DNA of 64,000 nt from Dehalococcoidia bacterium (lineage in GTDB: Bacteria > Chloroflexota > Dehalococcoidia > UBA2979). Below the pieces are notes generated by a model. It was not told where the DNA came from. It was given only the letters and a program-made list of their open reading frames with translations, and did no database searches. The stretch is from positions 43,381-107,380 of the forward strand of contig JALOAL010000001.1 in NCBI GenBank assembly GCA_023228825.1, in the 5' to 3' direction. Position numbers and translations under genes: made by a program. This document shows positions 28,088-37,340 of the stretch, one piece after another; positions within the stretch are counted from its first letter, which is position 1; each line of letters opens with the position of its first letter.

Positions 28088-28981
28088 TCACGCGTCTTGC
28101 CTTCGGAAGATCGCGTTGGCCGCGACCAGGGGGAGGACGGCCCAGGCCAGCACCGCTGCGGTGAGCACCACGGCGCTGGTGGCCGCGCCGAAGCGCACGT
28201 GCATGTACGCGCCCAGCGGTCCCAGCACGTGCAGATCCGGCTCCAGGCTGAGGATCGCCAGGATGCGCACCGCCTCCACCGGGTTCAGCAGCGTGCTGAG
28301 CAGCAACGTCTCCCCGGAAGACGCCACCGAGAGCGCCATGCCGATGCCCACCAGGTTGTAGAACAGCACCAGCACAAACCACGTCACCACTGCCAGCGCC
28401 AGCGCCTTCGACCGGCCGTCGGACACCACCGAGATCAGCACGCCGATGCTGAGCATGGCGCTGGCAAGGCTCGCCGACAGCACCACGAACAGCAGGTAGT
28501 GCCCGAAGTCCGTCACCGGACTGACCAGGGCAATGAGCAGGCCGGCCGCGCCGAACCCCAGCATCACGGCGGCCCACACCGCAGCCGTCAGGCCCAGGTA
28601 CTTCCCCAACAGCAGTTCCGTGGCGGTGAGGGGCTGCGCGAGCAGCACGCCCAGCGTGCCTCGGTCGCGCTCGCCGGCTATGGCGCCGGCGCCCAGGATG
28701 AGGGCCAGCAGCGGCACGAGCAGCAGGCACAGGTTGATCAGGCTGGCCGTGGTGCGGTTGAACCCCTGCGACGCCACGCCGCCTTCCTGCTGCACGAGCG
28801 CCAGTCCCACCGCGACCAGCGCGAACGTGGCCGCGAACGCCACCAGCCAGCGGCTGCGCACCGCGTCCCGCAGTTCCTTCGCGAAGATCGTGGCCAGTCC
28901 GGCGGTGCGCGGGACCGCCGGTGCGGCCAGCCCCGTGGCCACTCCCGGCGTGCTGATCGGGGCATTCATCGGGGTACTCAC
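28088..28981 (-). CDS. nosY: ABC-2-type permease NosY
   Basis: Six-TM ABC-2 permease encoded immediately downstream of nosF in the nos cluster. Confidence 0.7.
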   Translation of the reverse strand: MSTPMNAPISTPGVATGLAAPAVPRTAGLATIFAKELRDAVRSRWLVAFAATFALVAVGLALVQQEGGVASQGFNRTTASLINLCLLLVPLLALILGAGAIAGERDRGTLGVLLAQPLTATELLLGKYLGLTAAVWAAVMLGFGAAGLLIALVSPVTDFGHYLLFVVLSASLASAMLSIGVLISVVSDGRSKALALAVVTWFVLVLFYNLVGIGMALSVASSGETLLLSTLLNPVEAVRILAILSLEPDLHVLGPLGAYMHVRFGAATSAVVLTAAVLAWAVLPLVAANAIFRRQDA

Positions 28982-29883
28982 TACGGGCCTCCCACTGCTT
29001 GAGGATCGGCCGTGGTGGCCTCCTCCACTCGGAAGTCCAGGATGGTGATGCCGCCCTCCACCAGGGCCTCGAAGACCTTCACTTTCTCGCCGGTGGGGCA
29101 GGTGACTGCCAGCCAGTCGCCGTTGCGGGCCACCTCCTCACCGGCGGCGGCGGCGATCAGGGGGATGGCCTGCGCCGTGTGGCCGTTCAGGCGGAAGAAC
29201 AGGCGGCTGCGCGCGGCGTTCGCACGCACGAACTCGGACGAGGGCCCGAGGAAGGTCGTGCGGCCCTGGTCCAGCACCAGGACGTGATCCGCCGTGGCCG
29301 GGACATCCTCCAGCCAGTGGGTGGAGAGCACCACGCTCTTGCCTCGCGCGCGCTGGGCGCGGATGAAGTCGCGCAACTCCAGGCGTGCCGCCACGTCCAG
29401 CCCCGTGGCGGGCTCGTCCAGGATGAACAGCGCCGGGTCGCCCATCTGCGCCACCGCCAGGCCCAGGCGCTGCCGCATGCCGCCCGAGAGCGCGCCCACC
29501 ATCTTCTCTGCGTGCCCGCCCAGGCCCACGGCCTCCACCGCCTCGCGCGCCCGCTCTTCCGATGCGCCGCGCAGGCGCGCGTAGAACATGGCCGTCTCGC
29601 GCACGCTGAGGTCCACGTGGAACGCCGGGTTCTGCGCCAGGTAGCCGATGCGCCCGCGCGCGCGCTTGCCGTCACGGGCGACGTCCACGCCGTCCACCAG
29701 GATGCGGCCCTGGAAGCGCATCAACCCCACGATGCTCTTGATGAGTGTGGACTTCCCGGCGCCGTTGGCGCCCACCACCGCCAGCACCTGGCCGCCCTGC
29801 AGGTCGAACGTGGCGCCGTCCAGCACCGTGGTGTTGCCGTATCGCTTGGTGACTCCCTGTGCGCTCAGCATGATGGCGTCCAC
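28981..29883 (-). CDS. nosF: ABC transporter ATP-binding protein NosF
   Basis: Walker A GANGAGKST, signature LSGGMRQR and Walker B ILDEP. Sits in nos-cluster context. Confidence 0.8.
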   Translation of the reverse strand: MDAIMLSAQGVTKRYGNTTVLDGATFDLQGGQVLAVVGANGAGKSTLIKSIVGLMRFQGRILVDGVDVARDGKRARGRIGYLAQNPAFHVDLSVRETAMFYARLRGASEERAREAVEAVGLGGHAEKMVGALSGGMRQRLGLAVAQMGDPALFILDEPATGLDVAARLELRDFIRAQRARGKSVVLSTHWLEDVPATADHVLVLDQGRTTFLGPSSEFVRANAARSRLFFRLNGHTAQAIPLIAAAAGEEVARNGDWLAVTCPTGEKVKVFEALVEGGITILDFRVEEATTADPQAVGGP

Positions 29884-31931
29884 TGCCTTCCCATGGTGCG
29901 CTTCGCTGCGACGAAGACCGACAGCGCCGCGGCGGTCAGGGCCAGGCTGACCAGCGCGGGGATGACCTCGAACGTCCGAGGCGTGCCGGAGGCGAGCGTG
30001 ATGGTGGGCGACATCAGCGGGTGCTCGTCCACCACGCGCGGCGTCACGCGGTAGACGGGGAACCAGCGGGCCGCCAGATCCAGCGCGCTGCGCGCCGGCG
30101 TGAACGAGTATGCGCGCACGGCCGGGCTGCGCTGCACCAGTTCGTCGTACGTGCCCTCGTAGCGGTAGGCCAGGTCACCGATGCCGTCGCCGTCCGCGTC
30201 GAAGCCCTGGTAGTCGTCCCAGTAGTTGCCGCGGCCCTCCACGGACCAGCGGTTGCGGTGCTCCAGGTTGCCGCCGCGCGACTCCACCTGCTGCAGGTTG
30301 CCGATGAAACTGTTGCCCAGGAAGGAGACGTCCGTGGTGGTGAAGAGTTCGACCGCGATCTGGTTGGAGGCGATCAGGTTGCCCTGGACCGTCACGAACG
30401 TGCCCGGCGTGCGAGGTGCGCCCTCCATGGTCATCCCCAGCCGGTTGCCGTGGATGCGGTTGCCCTGCAGCAGCACGTCGTCCATGTCCTTCAGGAGCAG
30501 CCCATAGCCCGAGGCCAGCGAGCGGTTGCCGCTGAACTCGTTGTCCACCACGGTCAGCCGCTGCGAGTACATCAGGCTGGCGCCGGCGATGTTCTGCCGG
30601 AACACGTTGCCGGAGGCGTGCAGGTCCTGCGCGTACATGGTGTGCAGGCCGTAGCGCACGTGCGTCACCACGTTGTCGTGGATGCGCGTGTTGCGGGCGA
30701 AGCCGGCAAAGATGCCGTCCTTGGCCAGGGTGATGGTGTTGCCCTCGATCAGGTTGTCCGTGCTGTACCAGAGGTAGAGCGCGTGGCCTCGGCGTTCCGG
30801 AGCCAGGTCCGCCATGCTGCTCACGTAGTTGTCGCGCACCACGTGGCCGCCGCTGCTGAGCAAGGAGATGCCGTAGAGCACGTCCTCAACGCGGTTCCCC
30901 TCCACAGTGGCGTGGTTGCCGGACAGGCGGATGCCGGTGGGCTCGTCCGAGACGTTGCGGGCGGAGTTGCGGACCGTGAAGCCGCGGAGCGTGACGCCGT
31001 CCGCGGTGACCTGCACCACGTCGCCCATGCCGGCGCCGTCCAGCACCACCGTGCCGTCCGCCACCAGGGTGAGCGGTTTGTCCACCACCACCGTGCCCAC
31101 GTACGTGCCCGCCGGCACCGCCAGCGTGCTCCCCTCCACCGCCGCCGCGATCGCCTCGTTGAGGTCGGCCGCGGCGAGGGCTGGCGAGGCGGCCGCGGTG
31201 GCCGAGGGCAGTGCGAGCGCGGCGCCCGTCACCAGCAGCACCGCGACGGCCGCGGCGCCGGTGTTGCTCCAACTCTCGCGCACGAAGCGGACCACGCGGG
31301 GGCCGGCGGCCAGCAACAGCGCCGCTCCCACAAGCATCCAGAACCCGCTATCCACCATGGTCTCCGTGTGGAAGTTCACCACCGTGGTGGTGCCCAGCAC
31401 CTTGGGCGTGAAGGGCTCCAGGCGGATCGGCGCCGAGGGGGCCAGGTCATGGCCATACTGGTAGAGCCACCACTGCAGGTCCACCAGCATCCCCAGCGGG
31501 ACGGAGACCACCGCCGCCGCCAGGAGCAGCCGCACACGCGTGCTCCGAGCCCACACCGCACCCGCCAGCAGCAACAGCACCAGCCCCGCGATGACGAACG
31601 GGAACGCCTTCAGTTCCAACAGCGTGTCCGGGTCGATGGGCCGGATGCCCACGTAGTGGTTCAGCGTGTTGATCTCGGACAGGTCGCCTTCCATGTGCGT
31701 GCCGTAGGCGTAGAGGTGCAGGCCGCCGGGGTACTGAGGCGCCAGCAACTCCATGCGCCACAGCGGGCGGAAGGCCGCCGCCAGCACCGCCAGCGCCGCC
31801 AGCACGGCGCACACGCCCCACACCCGGTCGATGCGAGACCACGCCAGGCTCACCGCGCTCCCCGCCTCCCGAGGCTCCTCGGCCGTCCGTTCTGGACGCT
31901 CCCACGCCCCCGTGTCCTGTCGGGTAGCCAT
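29865..31931 (-). CDS. nosD: NosD-like periplasmic parallel beta-helix copper-processing protein fused to an N-terminal multi-helix membrane domain of about 240 aa and a C-terminal TM anchor
   Basis: Beta-helix repeats (GNHATVEGNRVEDVLYGISLLSSGGHVVRDNYV...GNTITLAKDGIFAGFARNTRIHDNVVTHVRYGLH...) are typical of NosD. The N-terminus has about 6 hydrophobic segments. It overlaps nosF by 19 nt and nosL by 1 nt. Confidence 0.7.
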   Translation of the reverse strand: MATRQDTGAWERPERTAEEPREAGSAVSLAWSRIDRVWGVCAVLAALAVLAAAFRPLWRMELLAPQYPGGLHLYAYGTHMEGDLSEINTLNHYVGIRPIDPDTLLELKAFPFVIAGLVLLLLAGAVWARSTRVRLLLAAAVVSVPLGMLVDLQWWLYQYGHDLAPSAPIRLEPFTPKVLGTTTVVNFHTETMVDSGFWMLVGAALLLAAGPRVVRFVRESWSNTGAAAVAVLLVTGAALALPSATAAASPALAAADLNEAIAAAVEGSTLAVPAGTYVGTVVVDKPLTLVADGTVVLDGAGMGDVVQVTADGVTLRGFTVRNSARNVSDEPTGIRLSGNHATVEGNRVEDVLYGISLLSSGGHVVRDNYVSSMADLAPERRGHALYLWYSTDNLIEGNTITLAKDGIFAGFARNTRIHDNVVTHVRYGLHTMYAQDLHASGNVFRQNIAGASLMYSQRLTVVDNEFSGNRSLASGYGLLLKDMDDVLLQGNRIHGNRLGMTMEGAPRTPGTFVTVQGNLIASNQIAVELFTTTDVSFLGNSFIGNLQQVESRGGNLEHRNRWSVEGRGNYWDDYQGFDADGDGIGDLAYRYEGTYDELVQRSPAVRAYSFTPARSALDLAARWFPVYRVTPRVVDEHPLMSPTITLASGTPRTFEVIPALVSLALTAAALSVFVAAKRTMGRQWTPSC

Positions 31932-32476
31932 TACCGATGCTCCTGCTCCGTCGCGTGGCCGCCGCCTTCGGGGCCGTGGGAGGGCTCCCGGTAGGGCCCG
32001 TGTTCGTGGATGTGCTCCGTCAGGGCGTGCCAGGCGACCACCGTGCCGCCCATCTCCTGGGCCAGGCGGTCGGAGGCGTCCCGGTCCGGCGCTGCCGCAG
32101 CGCCGAAGGCCATGGGGCTGCGGATCTCTGCGGACAGCACGAAGGTCGCCGTCTCCACCGGCGCCCACGCCTCCTCGACGTAGGTGTTCACCCAGTGGCG
32201 AGCGTCGCCCGGCGCGGGGCGTTCAGCGGCCTCCAGCACCAGGCAGCCGATGTCGTCGAAGTGGACTTCGCCGGACTCTGTCGTCCAGGCGGCGGCGAAG
32301 CGCGCGTCGTCGATGATCATGCCGCAGCGCGCGCACGCCTCCTCGCCGTAGCGCACCACGGGCTCGCGGTCAGGGTCCAGGTCCTCGCCCTCCAGGAGGG
32401 CCGGCACGGCCACGATGGCGACCCCGACCGCACCGGCCGAACCAGCCAGGATGAGGAACCGTCTTCGAGTAACCAT
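31931..32476 (-). CDS. nosL: NosL-family copper chaperone with a twin-arginine signal
   Basis: RRRFLILAGSAGAVGVAIVA Tat motif, a CARCGM copper-binding motif and a C-terminal Met/His-rich tail. Confidence 0.7.
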   Translation of the reverse strand: MVTRRRFLILAGSAGAVGVAIVAVPALLEGEDLDPDREPVVRYGEEACARCGMIIDDARFAAAWTTESGEVHFDDIGCLVLEAAERPAPGDARHWVNTYVEEAWAPVETATFVLSAEIRSPMAFGAAAAPDRDASDRLAQEMGGTVVAWHALTEHIHEHGPYREPSHGPEGGGHATEQEHR

Positions 32477-32548
32477 GGTCGTCACCTCCTGAGGTGTCCC
32501 GCGGGGTGTGTGCCGGCGGCCCCCCTCCGCCGGCACACGGATCCCCCG

Positions 32549-34579
32549 CTACGCGACGAGCATCCAGCCCTGCATCTCCAGGTGGAGCGCGGAGCAGAAC
32601 TCGGTGCAGTACATGGCGAAGGAACCCTGGACGTCCGCGACAAAGTCGATGCGCGTGTACTCACCCGGGTCGAGGCTGACGCTGACGTTGTGGCGCGGGA
32701 TGGCGAACCCGTGCGTGGCGTCCGGCGTGGTCTCGATGTTGGTGAGGTGCAACGTGACCTGGTCGCCCTGGTTCAGGCGCAGGATGTCCGGCTTGAACTG
32801 GGAGCGCGTGACGGACATGAAGACCTCCACGCGGTTGCCGTCCCGCTCGATGCGCTCCTCGCCCTGCGCCACGGCGTTGGGGTCTGGCTGCATCGTCAGT
32901 GGGTTCGTGCCGGGCGGGTACAGGTCCCACGCCTTGATGCGGTCCGCGCGGATCGCCTGCACGTAGTGCGGCTCCGCCATGCCGATGGGCGTGTCCGACA
33001 GCACCTCCATCACCTCGCCTCCGAGGTCGACCAGTTGGAAGTTCTGCGGGTTCAGCGTCCCCACCGGCGAGTGGCGGTCAATGGACCACTTGTTCAGCGC
33101 GATGAGGTACTTGCCCTGGGGCTTGGTGGTGTCGCCTTCCATGGTGCAGAGGTGGCCGATGTTGTAGTGGACCGGCACCTTGTCCACGAGTTTGTAGGCC
33201 TGGTCGCCGCTGAAGTACGGCTCGCCCAGGGTGAACTTGGCCACCGCGCTCTCCAGGAAGAGGCTGGTGTAGCCGTGCCCGTCCGCGTCGTACTGCGTGT
33301 GCAGCGGGCCGGCGCCCACCTCCACGCGGCCAGAGACCACGGAGTCGTAGTTCAGGACGGGGATGCCGTACTGGTCGCGCTTCTCGAAGTCTTGGGCCTC
33401 AATCGCGGCCAGCATCTTCTCGAAGGAGTAGATGGTGACGTACGGGTCCAGTTTGCCGGCCACGCAGAGGTAGCCGCCGTCCGGGCTCACGTCCACGCCG
33501 TGCGGGCTCCGAGGCTCCGGCGCCAGGAAGAGGATGCCCTCCTCCACCGCCACGTCCAGCGGGATGACGCGCATGCCGTTGATGACCACGGACCGCGAGC
33601 CCACCACCTGCTCGGCCTTCTGCCAGTTGATGATGTGCATGTAGTCGAAGTCGTTGGCGGACGCGCCCACCTCAATCGGGGGCTTGCCCTCCAGGTTGCC
33701 GCCCGTGGCCATCTCGCTGTTGTAGGAGTTCAGGAACACCCAGCCGTGGCTCACCAGTTTCCCGGAGTCCGCCAGGTCCTGCGTGTACGGCGGCAACTCC
33801 ACCTGGAAACTGCGTGCCAGGTCAAAGCGCCCCGTCTCCTGGTCCACGGCCAGGAAGGTGGAGTAGCCGCGGTACACGTCCGCGAAGTTCTCCAGCGACG
33901 TGGCCGGGTCCGCGCCCTCTATCAGCGTGGGCGTCTTGGTGGAGATGTGCGCGTACTCCGTGTTCTGAGTGACGAACACCCCCCCGTGCGAGGACTGCAG
34001 GTTGGGCACGTCGTAGATCTGCTTCGTCTTGAAGTCCCGCATGTCCACCATGGCGATGCGCCCGTTGGCGCGGTCGTTGATGTAGACGAAGCGGCCGTCG
34101 TACTCGCCCTCCGTCTCGCTGATCGCGGGGTGGTGGGTGTCCGCCCAGGAGAGGTACCGGTGGGCCGAGGTGGACGGCCCGCCGGCGGACGTGGTGCCCT
34201 CCGCCAGCAGTCCGTCCGACTCGTTGCCGAAGCCGAAGCCCTGCCACGGCTCCGGCGTGAACACGCCCACTACCTTCTTGATCTTCATGGACGGCACGCC
34301 CATGACCAGGATCTGGCCGGAGTGGCCGCCCGAGGACAGGATGTAGAACTCGTCCATATCCGGTCGTCCGGGCGGGACCACCGTCTTGAGGGCCTGCACC
34401 ACCTCCGCAGGCGAGAGGCCGCGGGCCTCCGCCACGCTGTTCGCGTCGCCCGTCAGTCCAGAGGGCCCGGAGGCCCCGTCCCCCTCGTCGCTGAGCGTCT
34501 TGCCCAGCACCCCGCCGACCACCAGGCCGGCAGCGCCGGTGGCTGAACCCGCAATGAACTCTCGCCTCGTGACCGCCAT
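32549..34579 (-). CDS. nosZ: Nitrous-oxide reductase NosZ
   Basis: Tat-type N-terminus (TRREFIAG), a beta-propeller region with CuZ-ligand histidines, DTHHPA (a DxHH-type, clade-II-like motif) and a C-terminal CuA cupredoxin motif (H..YCTEFCSALHLEM). Confidence 0.9.
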   Translation of the reverse strand: MAVTRREFIAGSATGAAGLVVGGVLGKTLSDEGDGASGPSGLTGDANSVAEARGLSPAEVVQALKTVVPPGRPDMDEFYILSSGGHSGQILVMGVPSMKIKKVVGVFTPEPWQGFGFGNESDGLLAEGTTSAGGPSTSAHRYLSWADTHHPAISETEGEYDGRFVYINDRANGRIAMVDMRDFKTKQIYDVPNLQSSHGGVFVTQNTEYAHISTKTPTLIEGADPATSLENFADVYRGYSTFLAVDQETGRFDLARSFQVELPPYTQDLADSGKLVSHGWVFLNSYNSEMATGGNLEGKPPIEVGASANDFDYMHIINWQKAEQVVGSRSVVINGMRVIPLDVAVEEGILFLAPEPRSPHGVDVSPDGGYLCVAGKLDPYVTIYSFEKMLAAIEAQDFEKRDQYGIPVLNYDSVVSGRVEVGAGPLHTQYDADGHGYTSLFLESAVAKFTLGEPYFSGDQAYKLVDKVPVHYNIGHLCTMEGDTTKPQGKYLIALNKWSIDRHSPVGTLNPQNFQLVDLGGEVMEVLSDTPIGMAEPHYVQAIRADRIKAWDLYPPGTNPLTMQPDPNAVAQGEERIERDGNRVEVFMSVTRSQFKPDILRLNQGDQVTLHLTNIETTPDATHGFAIPRHNVSVSLDPGEYTRIDFVADVQGSFAMYCTEFCSALHLEMQGWMLVA

Positions 34580-34627
34580 CTGCTTGCTCCTTTGGCCGCC
34601 GGTACCGCGCCGGCTACGCCTCGTTCG

Positions 34628-35068
34628 CTACTCGACGATGACTTCGCCCACCATGCCTGGCAGGTGGAAGTCGCACTGGAACGTGAAGGTCCCGGCGGTG
34701 GAGAACATCACGTCGAATGAACTGGTCTCGCCCGGGTTGACCAGGGGCGCGCTGGCGAAGTCCTTGCCTTCCGTGGCGTTGCTCAGGATGCGCATGTTGT
34801 GGATCGCCACGCCCTCGTTGACCGCGTTGATGGTCACGGTCTCCCCGACCTTCAAGCGGATCTCGGTGGGTTCGAAGAAGTTGTCCTTCATGAGCACGTC
34901 GATCTCGCGTTCCGGCGTGCCGGGGGTCGTCGCCCCCTGCGTGGCCGTCGGCGCGGCGGTGGTCGCGGCGCCGCCGTTGCCCCCGTTGTCTCCCCCACAG
35001 GCGACGCTCGCCGCCGCGAGGATCGCAACGGGCAGCAGGGCAACCCACTGTTTCTTGATCAGACGCAT
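34628..35068 (-). CDS. Cupredoxin (plastocyanin/pseudoazurin-like) lipoprotein, probable electron donor to NosZ
   Basis: Lipobox LAAASVAC plus type-1 copper ligands (H...C.FH..GM: TFQCDFHLPGMVGE). It is directly upstream of nosZ. Confidence 0.75.
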   Translation of the reverse strand: MRLIKKQWVALLPVAILAAASVACGGDNGGNGGAATTAAPTATQGATTPGTPEREIDVLMKDNFFEPTEIRLKVGETVTINAVNEGVAIHNMRILSNATEGKDFASAPLVNPGETSSFDVMFSTAGTFTFQCDFHLPGMVGEVIVE

Positions 35069-35098
35069 CGGAACGTTCCTCTCCCCCTCGGTGCCATC

Positions 35099-35116
35099 TT
35101 GTGACTGACATCACAA
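35099..35116. promoter_or_regulatory. Perfect CRP/FNR-family dimer site TTGTGA-N6-TCACAA in the cupredoxin-nosZ promoter region, about 40 bp upstream of the cupredoxin start
   Basis: ttgtgactgacatcacaa is a perfect palindrome. A second inverted repeat GTTACC-N5-GGTAAC lies at 35140-35156. Confidence 0.5.
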
Positions 35117-35294
35117 GAACCTTTAGGCACAGACTAAACGTTACCCGCGTGGTAACGAGGGACGATGGTCCCGGAGAGTTCAGTACGTCGGTGATGAAAC
35201 CTCAGCGGGCCTGGGGAAGTGGGAGGCCGGGCGCAGATCGGTGCGGAGGGAGCCCCCCGCCGTGGCGTGGCGCCGTGGCGCCGCCGGAGGTTGG

Positions 35295-36920
35295 CTAACG
35301 CCCTCGGTACGAGCGGCCGGCCACGAGGTCGTCGCCGAGGAGTTCCGAGACGGTGACGACGTGCAGGCCCCGGCGGTCGAAGTCGGCCAGGATGGCCGGG
35401 ACCGCGTCCACCGTCGTCTCGTGGATGTCGTGCAGGAGCACGATAGAGCCGCGTCGGGCGTTCTCCGCCACGCGCTGCGCCACCAGCGCCGCGTCATGGT
35501 CAGCCCAGTCGCGCGGGTCCACGGACCACAGCACCATCGGCATCCCCACCAGCGCCGCGGTGCGTTCGTCCATGGCGCCATACGGCGGACGCAGGAGTCG
35601 AGGGCGCTGGCCGGTCGCCGCCTTGATGGCGTCGTTCGTCTCGTCCACTTGTTCCTGGAGCGCGTCTCCGCCCAGTTTCGTGAGGTCACGGTGGTTGAAC
35701 GTGTGGTTCCCCACCTCGTGGCCCTCGTCCACGATGCGGGCCACCATCTCCGGGCTGTATTGCACGCTGACGCCCACCACGAAGAACGTGGCGCGGCTGC
35801 CGTGCGCGGCCAATATGTCCAGCAAGCGTCCGGTGGGGCGGCCGGGGCCGTCATCGAACGTGAGGGCCACACACGCCACCTGCTCGCAGTCGACCGTGCC
35901 GCCCGGTGGGACCGAGGCGCCCGGCGTCTGGGTGGGGCCGGCGGTGGCCGTTGCCGTGGGCATCGCCGTTGCCGTGGGCATCGCCGTTGCCGTGGGGCTG
36001 GGGCTCGGCGTTGCCGTGGGCGGTGGGGGCGTCGGTGTCGGGGTCGGGGTCGGGGTCGCGAGCACGATCTCCGCGCTCGGGTTGGTCACCTCGCGCTGGG
36101 CCCGCAGCCCAAACTCCGAGAGCAGCGGCGCCACCGTGGCGTTCGGAATCACCACGCGAGGCTCCCCGGACGCGCCGGGGCCTACCTGGTACTCGTCGAA
36201 CTCGATCAGCAGGTCGCCCTCCGGCGTGAAGCCGATCGCGTCGTAGTTCTCCTCCGTGGGCGCGGTGCCGCGCTCCATGAACTCCACATCCATGAGGTCC
36301 GGGCGTTCGTTCCGCAGCGTGTCCCGCACGATCTCGACCACCTGTTGTAGCGCCGCTTCGCCGTCCAGCAGCGCCGTGGCGGGCACGCGTTGGTGCGCGG
36401 CGGTGTCGAACCAGACCGTGGTGGCCAGGTTCGCGCCGCCCGCGCCGAAGAACTCATACTGCTCCAGGCGCACGCCGATCACCGAGCCGGACGCCACGAT
36501 GAACTCGAAACTGACGTTGAATTCAGGCATCGCCAGGGAACCCTGTAGCGGCGGCCCCAGGTGCTCGTCGAAGGCCGCGCGCGCGGCCTGGATGATGGCC
36601 CACAATTCGTCGCCCAGCAGCGGGTAGCCGTCGATCACTGGCCACGTGGCGTAATAGTTGAACGGGTCGCGGAGGCGGCTCGCGGCCTGCGTGTCGAGGC
36701 CTTCGATCCACTCCGGGACCACCCGGGCATACTCCGCCACCGCGTACTCCTCGGCCGTGGGCGAGGGGGGCGGGGTCGCCTCGCGCGTCGGGGACGGCGA
36801 GGCGCTGGGCGTGGCGTCCGAGTCGCCGCCGAGGCAGCCGCCCGCGAGCAGGGCGACGGCGCCGAGGAGTAAGAGGCGCGCGAGGAGGTGGGCGCGCGCG
36901 CGCCGCAGGGAGATCGCCAA
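35295..36920 (-). CDS. Lipoprotein with an N-terminal DUF3298/RsiV-like region, a Thr/Pro-rich linker and a C-terminal NodB-type polysaccharide deacetylase (CE4) domain
   Basis: Lipobox LLAGGC. The TPTPTPTPTPPPPTATPSPSPTATAMPTATAMPTATA linker is encoded by 18-bp DNA repeats at about 35947-36000. CE4 motifs include TFDDGP and HTFNH. Confidence 0.7.
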   Translation of the reverse strand: MAISLRRARAHLLARLLLLGAVALLAGGCLGGDSDATPSASPSPTREATPPPSPTAEEYAVAEYARVVPEWIEGLDTQAASRLRDPFNYYATWPVIDGYPLLGDELWAIIQAARAAFDEHLGPPLQGSLAMPEFNVSFEFIVASGSVIGVRLEQYEFFGAGGANLATTVWFDTAAHQRVPATALLDGEAALQQVVEIVRDTLRNERPDLMDVEFMERGTAPTEENYDAIGFTPEGDLLIEFDEYQVGPGASGEPRVVIPNATVAPLLSEFGLRAQREVTNPSAEIVLATPTPTPTPTPPPPTATPSPSPTATAMPTATAMPTATATAGPTQTPGASVPPGGTVDCEQVACVALTFDDGPGRPTGRLLDILAAHGSRATFFVVGVSVQYSPEMVARIVDEGHEVGNHTFNHRDLTKLGGDALQEQVDETNDAIKAATGQRPRLLRPPYGAMDERTAALVGMPMVLWSVDPRDWADHDAALVAQRVAENARRGSIVLLHDIHETTVDAVPAILADFDRRGLHVVTVSELLGDDLVAGRSYRGR

Positions 36921-37219
36921 TGGGGGCTCCGCTCAGACCCGGGAACACGTTCCGGCCCTCTAGACGACCACATCCCGATGACTCGCGCGAGTCATCAGGA
37001 TGTGGTCGGCCATCCCATGGGGTGGGCGTCAGGCGCATCCCTTCAAGATCCCGTTCCAGTACAGCCGTCGTACCTCGCGGCGTCCGGGGCGCCTCGGACA
37101 CCGCGAGCAAGTTCGTCACGAGCGTGGGGGCCTGTTTGCGGATGGCCGCGCCGGTCTTGCTCGCCGGCAGGTTGCGCCGATTGCCCCCAGTGCGACGGCG
37201 TCGATACACTCGCAGGCAC

Positions 37220-37294
37220 GCCCCCGTAGCTCAGGGGATAGAGCACCGGCCTCCGGAGCCGGGTGCGCAGGTTCGAATCCTGCCGGGGGTACCA
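37220..37294 (+). tRNA. tRNA-Arg (anticodon CCG), includes encoded CCA
   Basis: Cloverleaf read manually: acceptor GCCCCCG/CGGGGGT, D-arm TAGCTCAGGGGATAGAGCA, anticodon stem CCGGC/GCCGG with loop CTCCGGA, T-arm GCAGG-TTCGAAT-CCTGC, then ACCA. Confidence 0.8.
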
Positions 37295-37340
37295 CTCGCT
37301 CTCCGGGCGGACCAGCGCGCCGGACGATGCTTCCTCACCT

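Noticed and set aside
28028-34546. A series of long plus-strand ORFs (324, 351, 657 and 869 aa) opposite nosY/nosF/nosD/nosZ
   Set aside because: All are antisense to genes with strong family signatures and their translations are low-complexity. Stop-codon depletion in GC-rich DNA explains their length.
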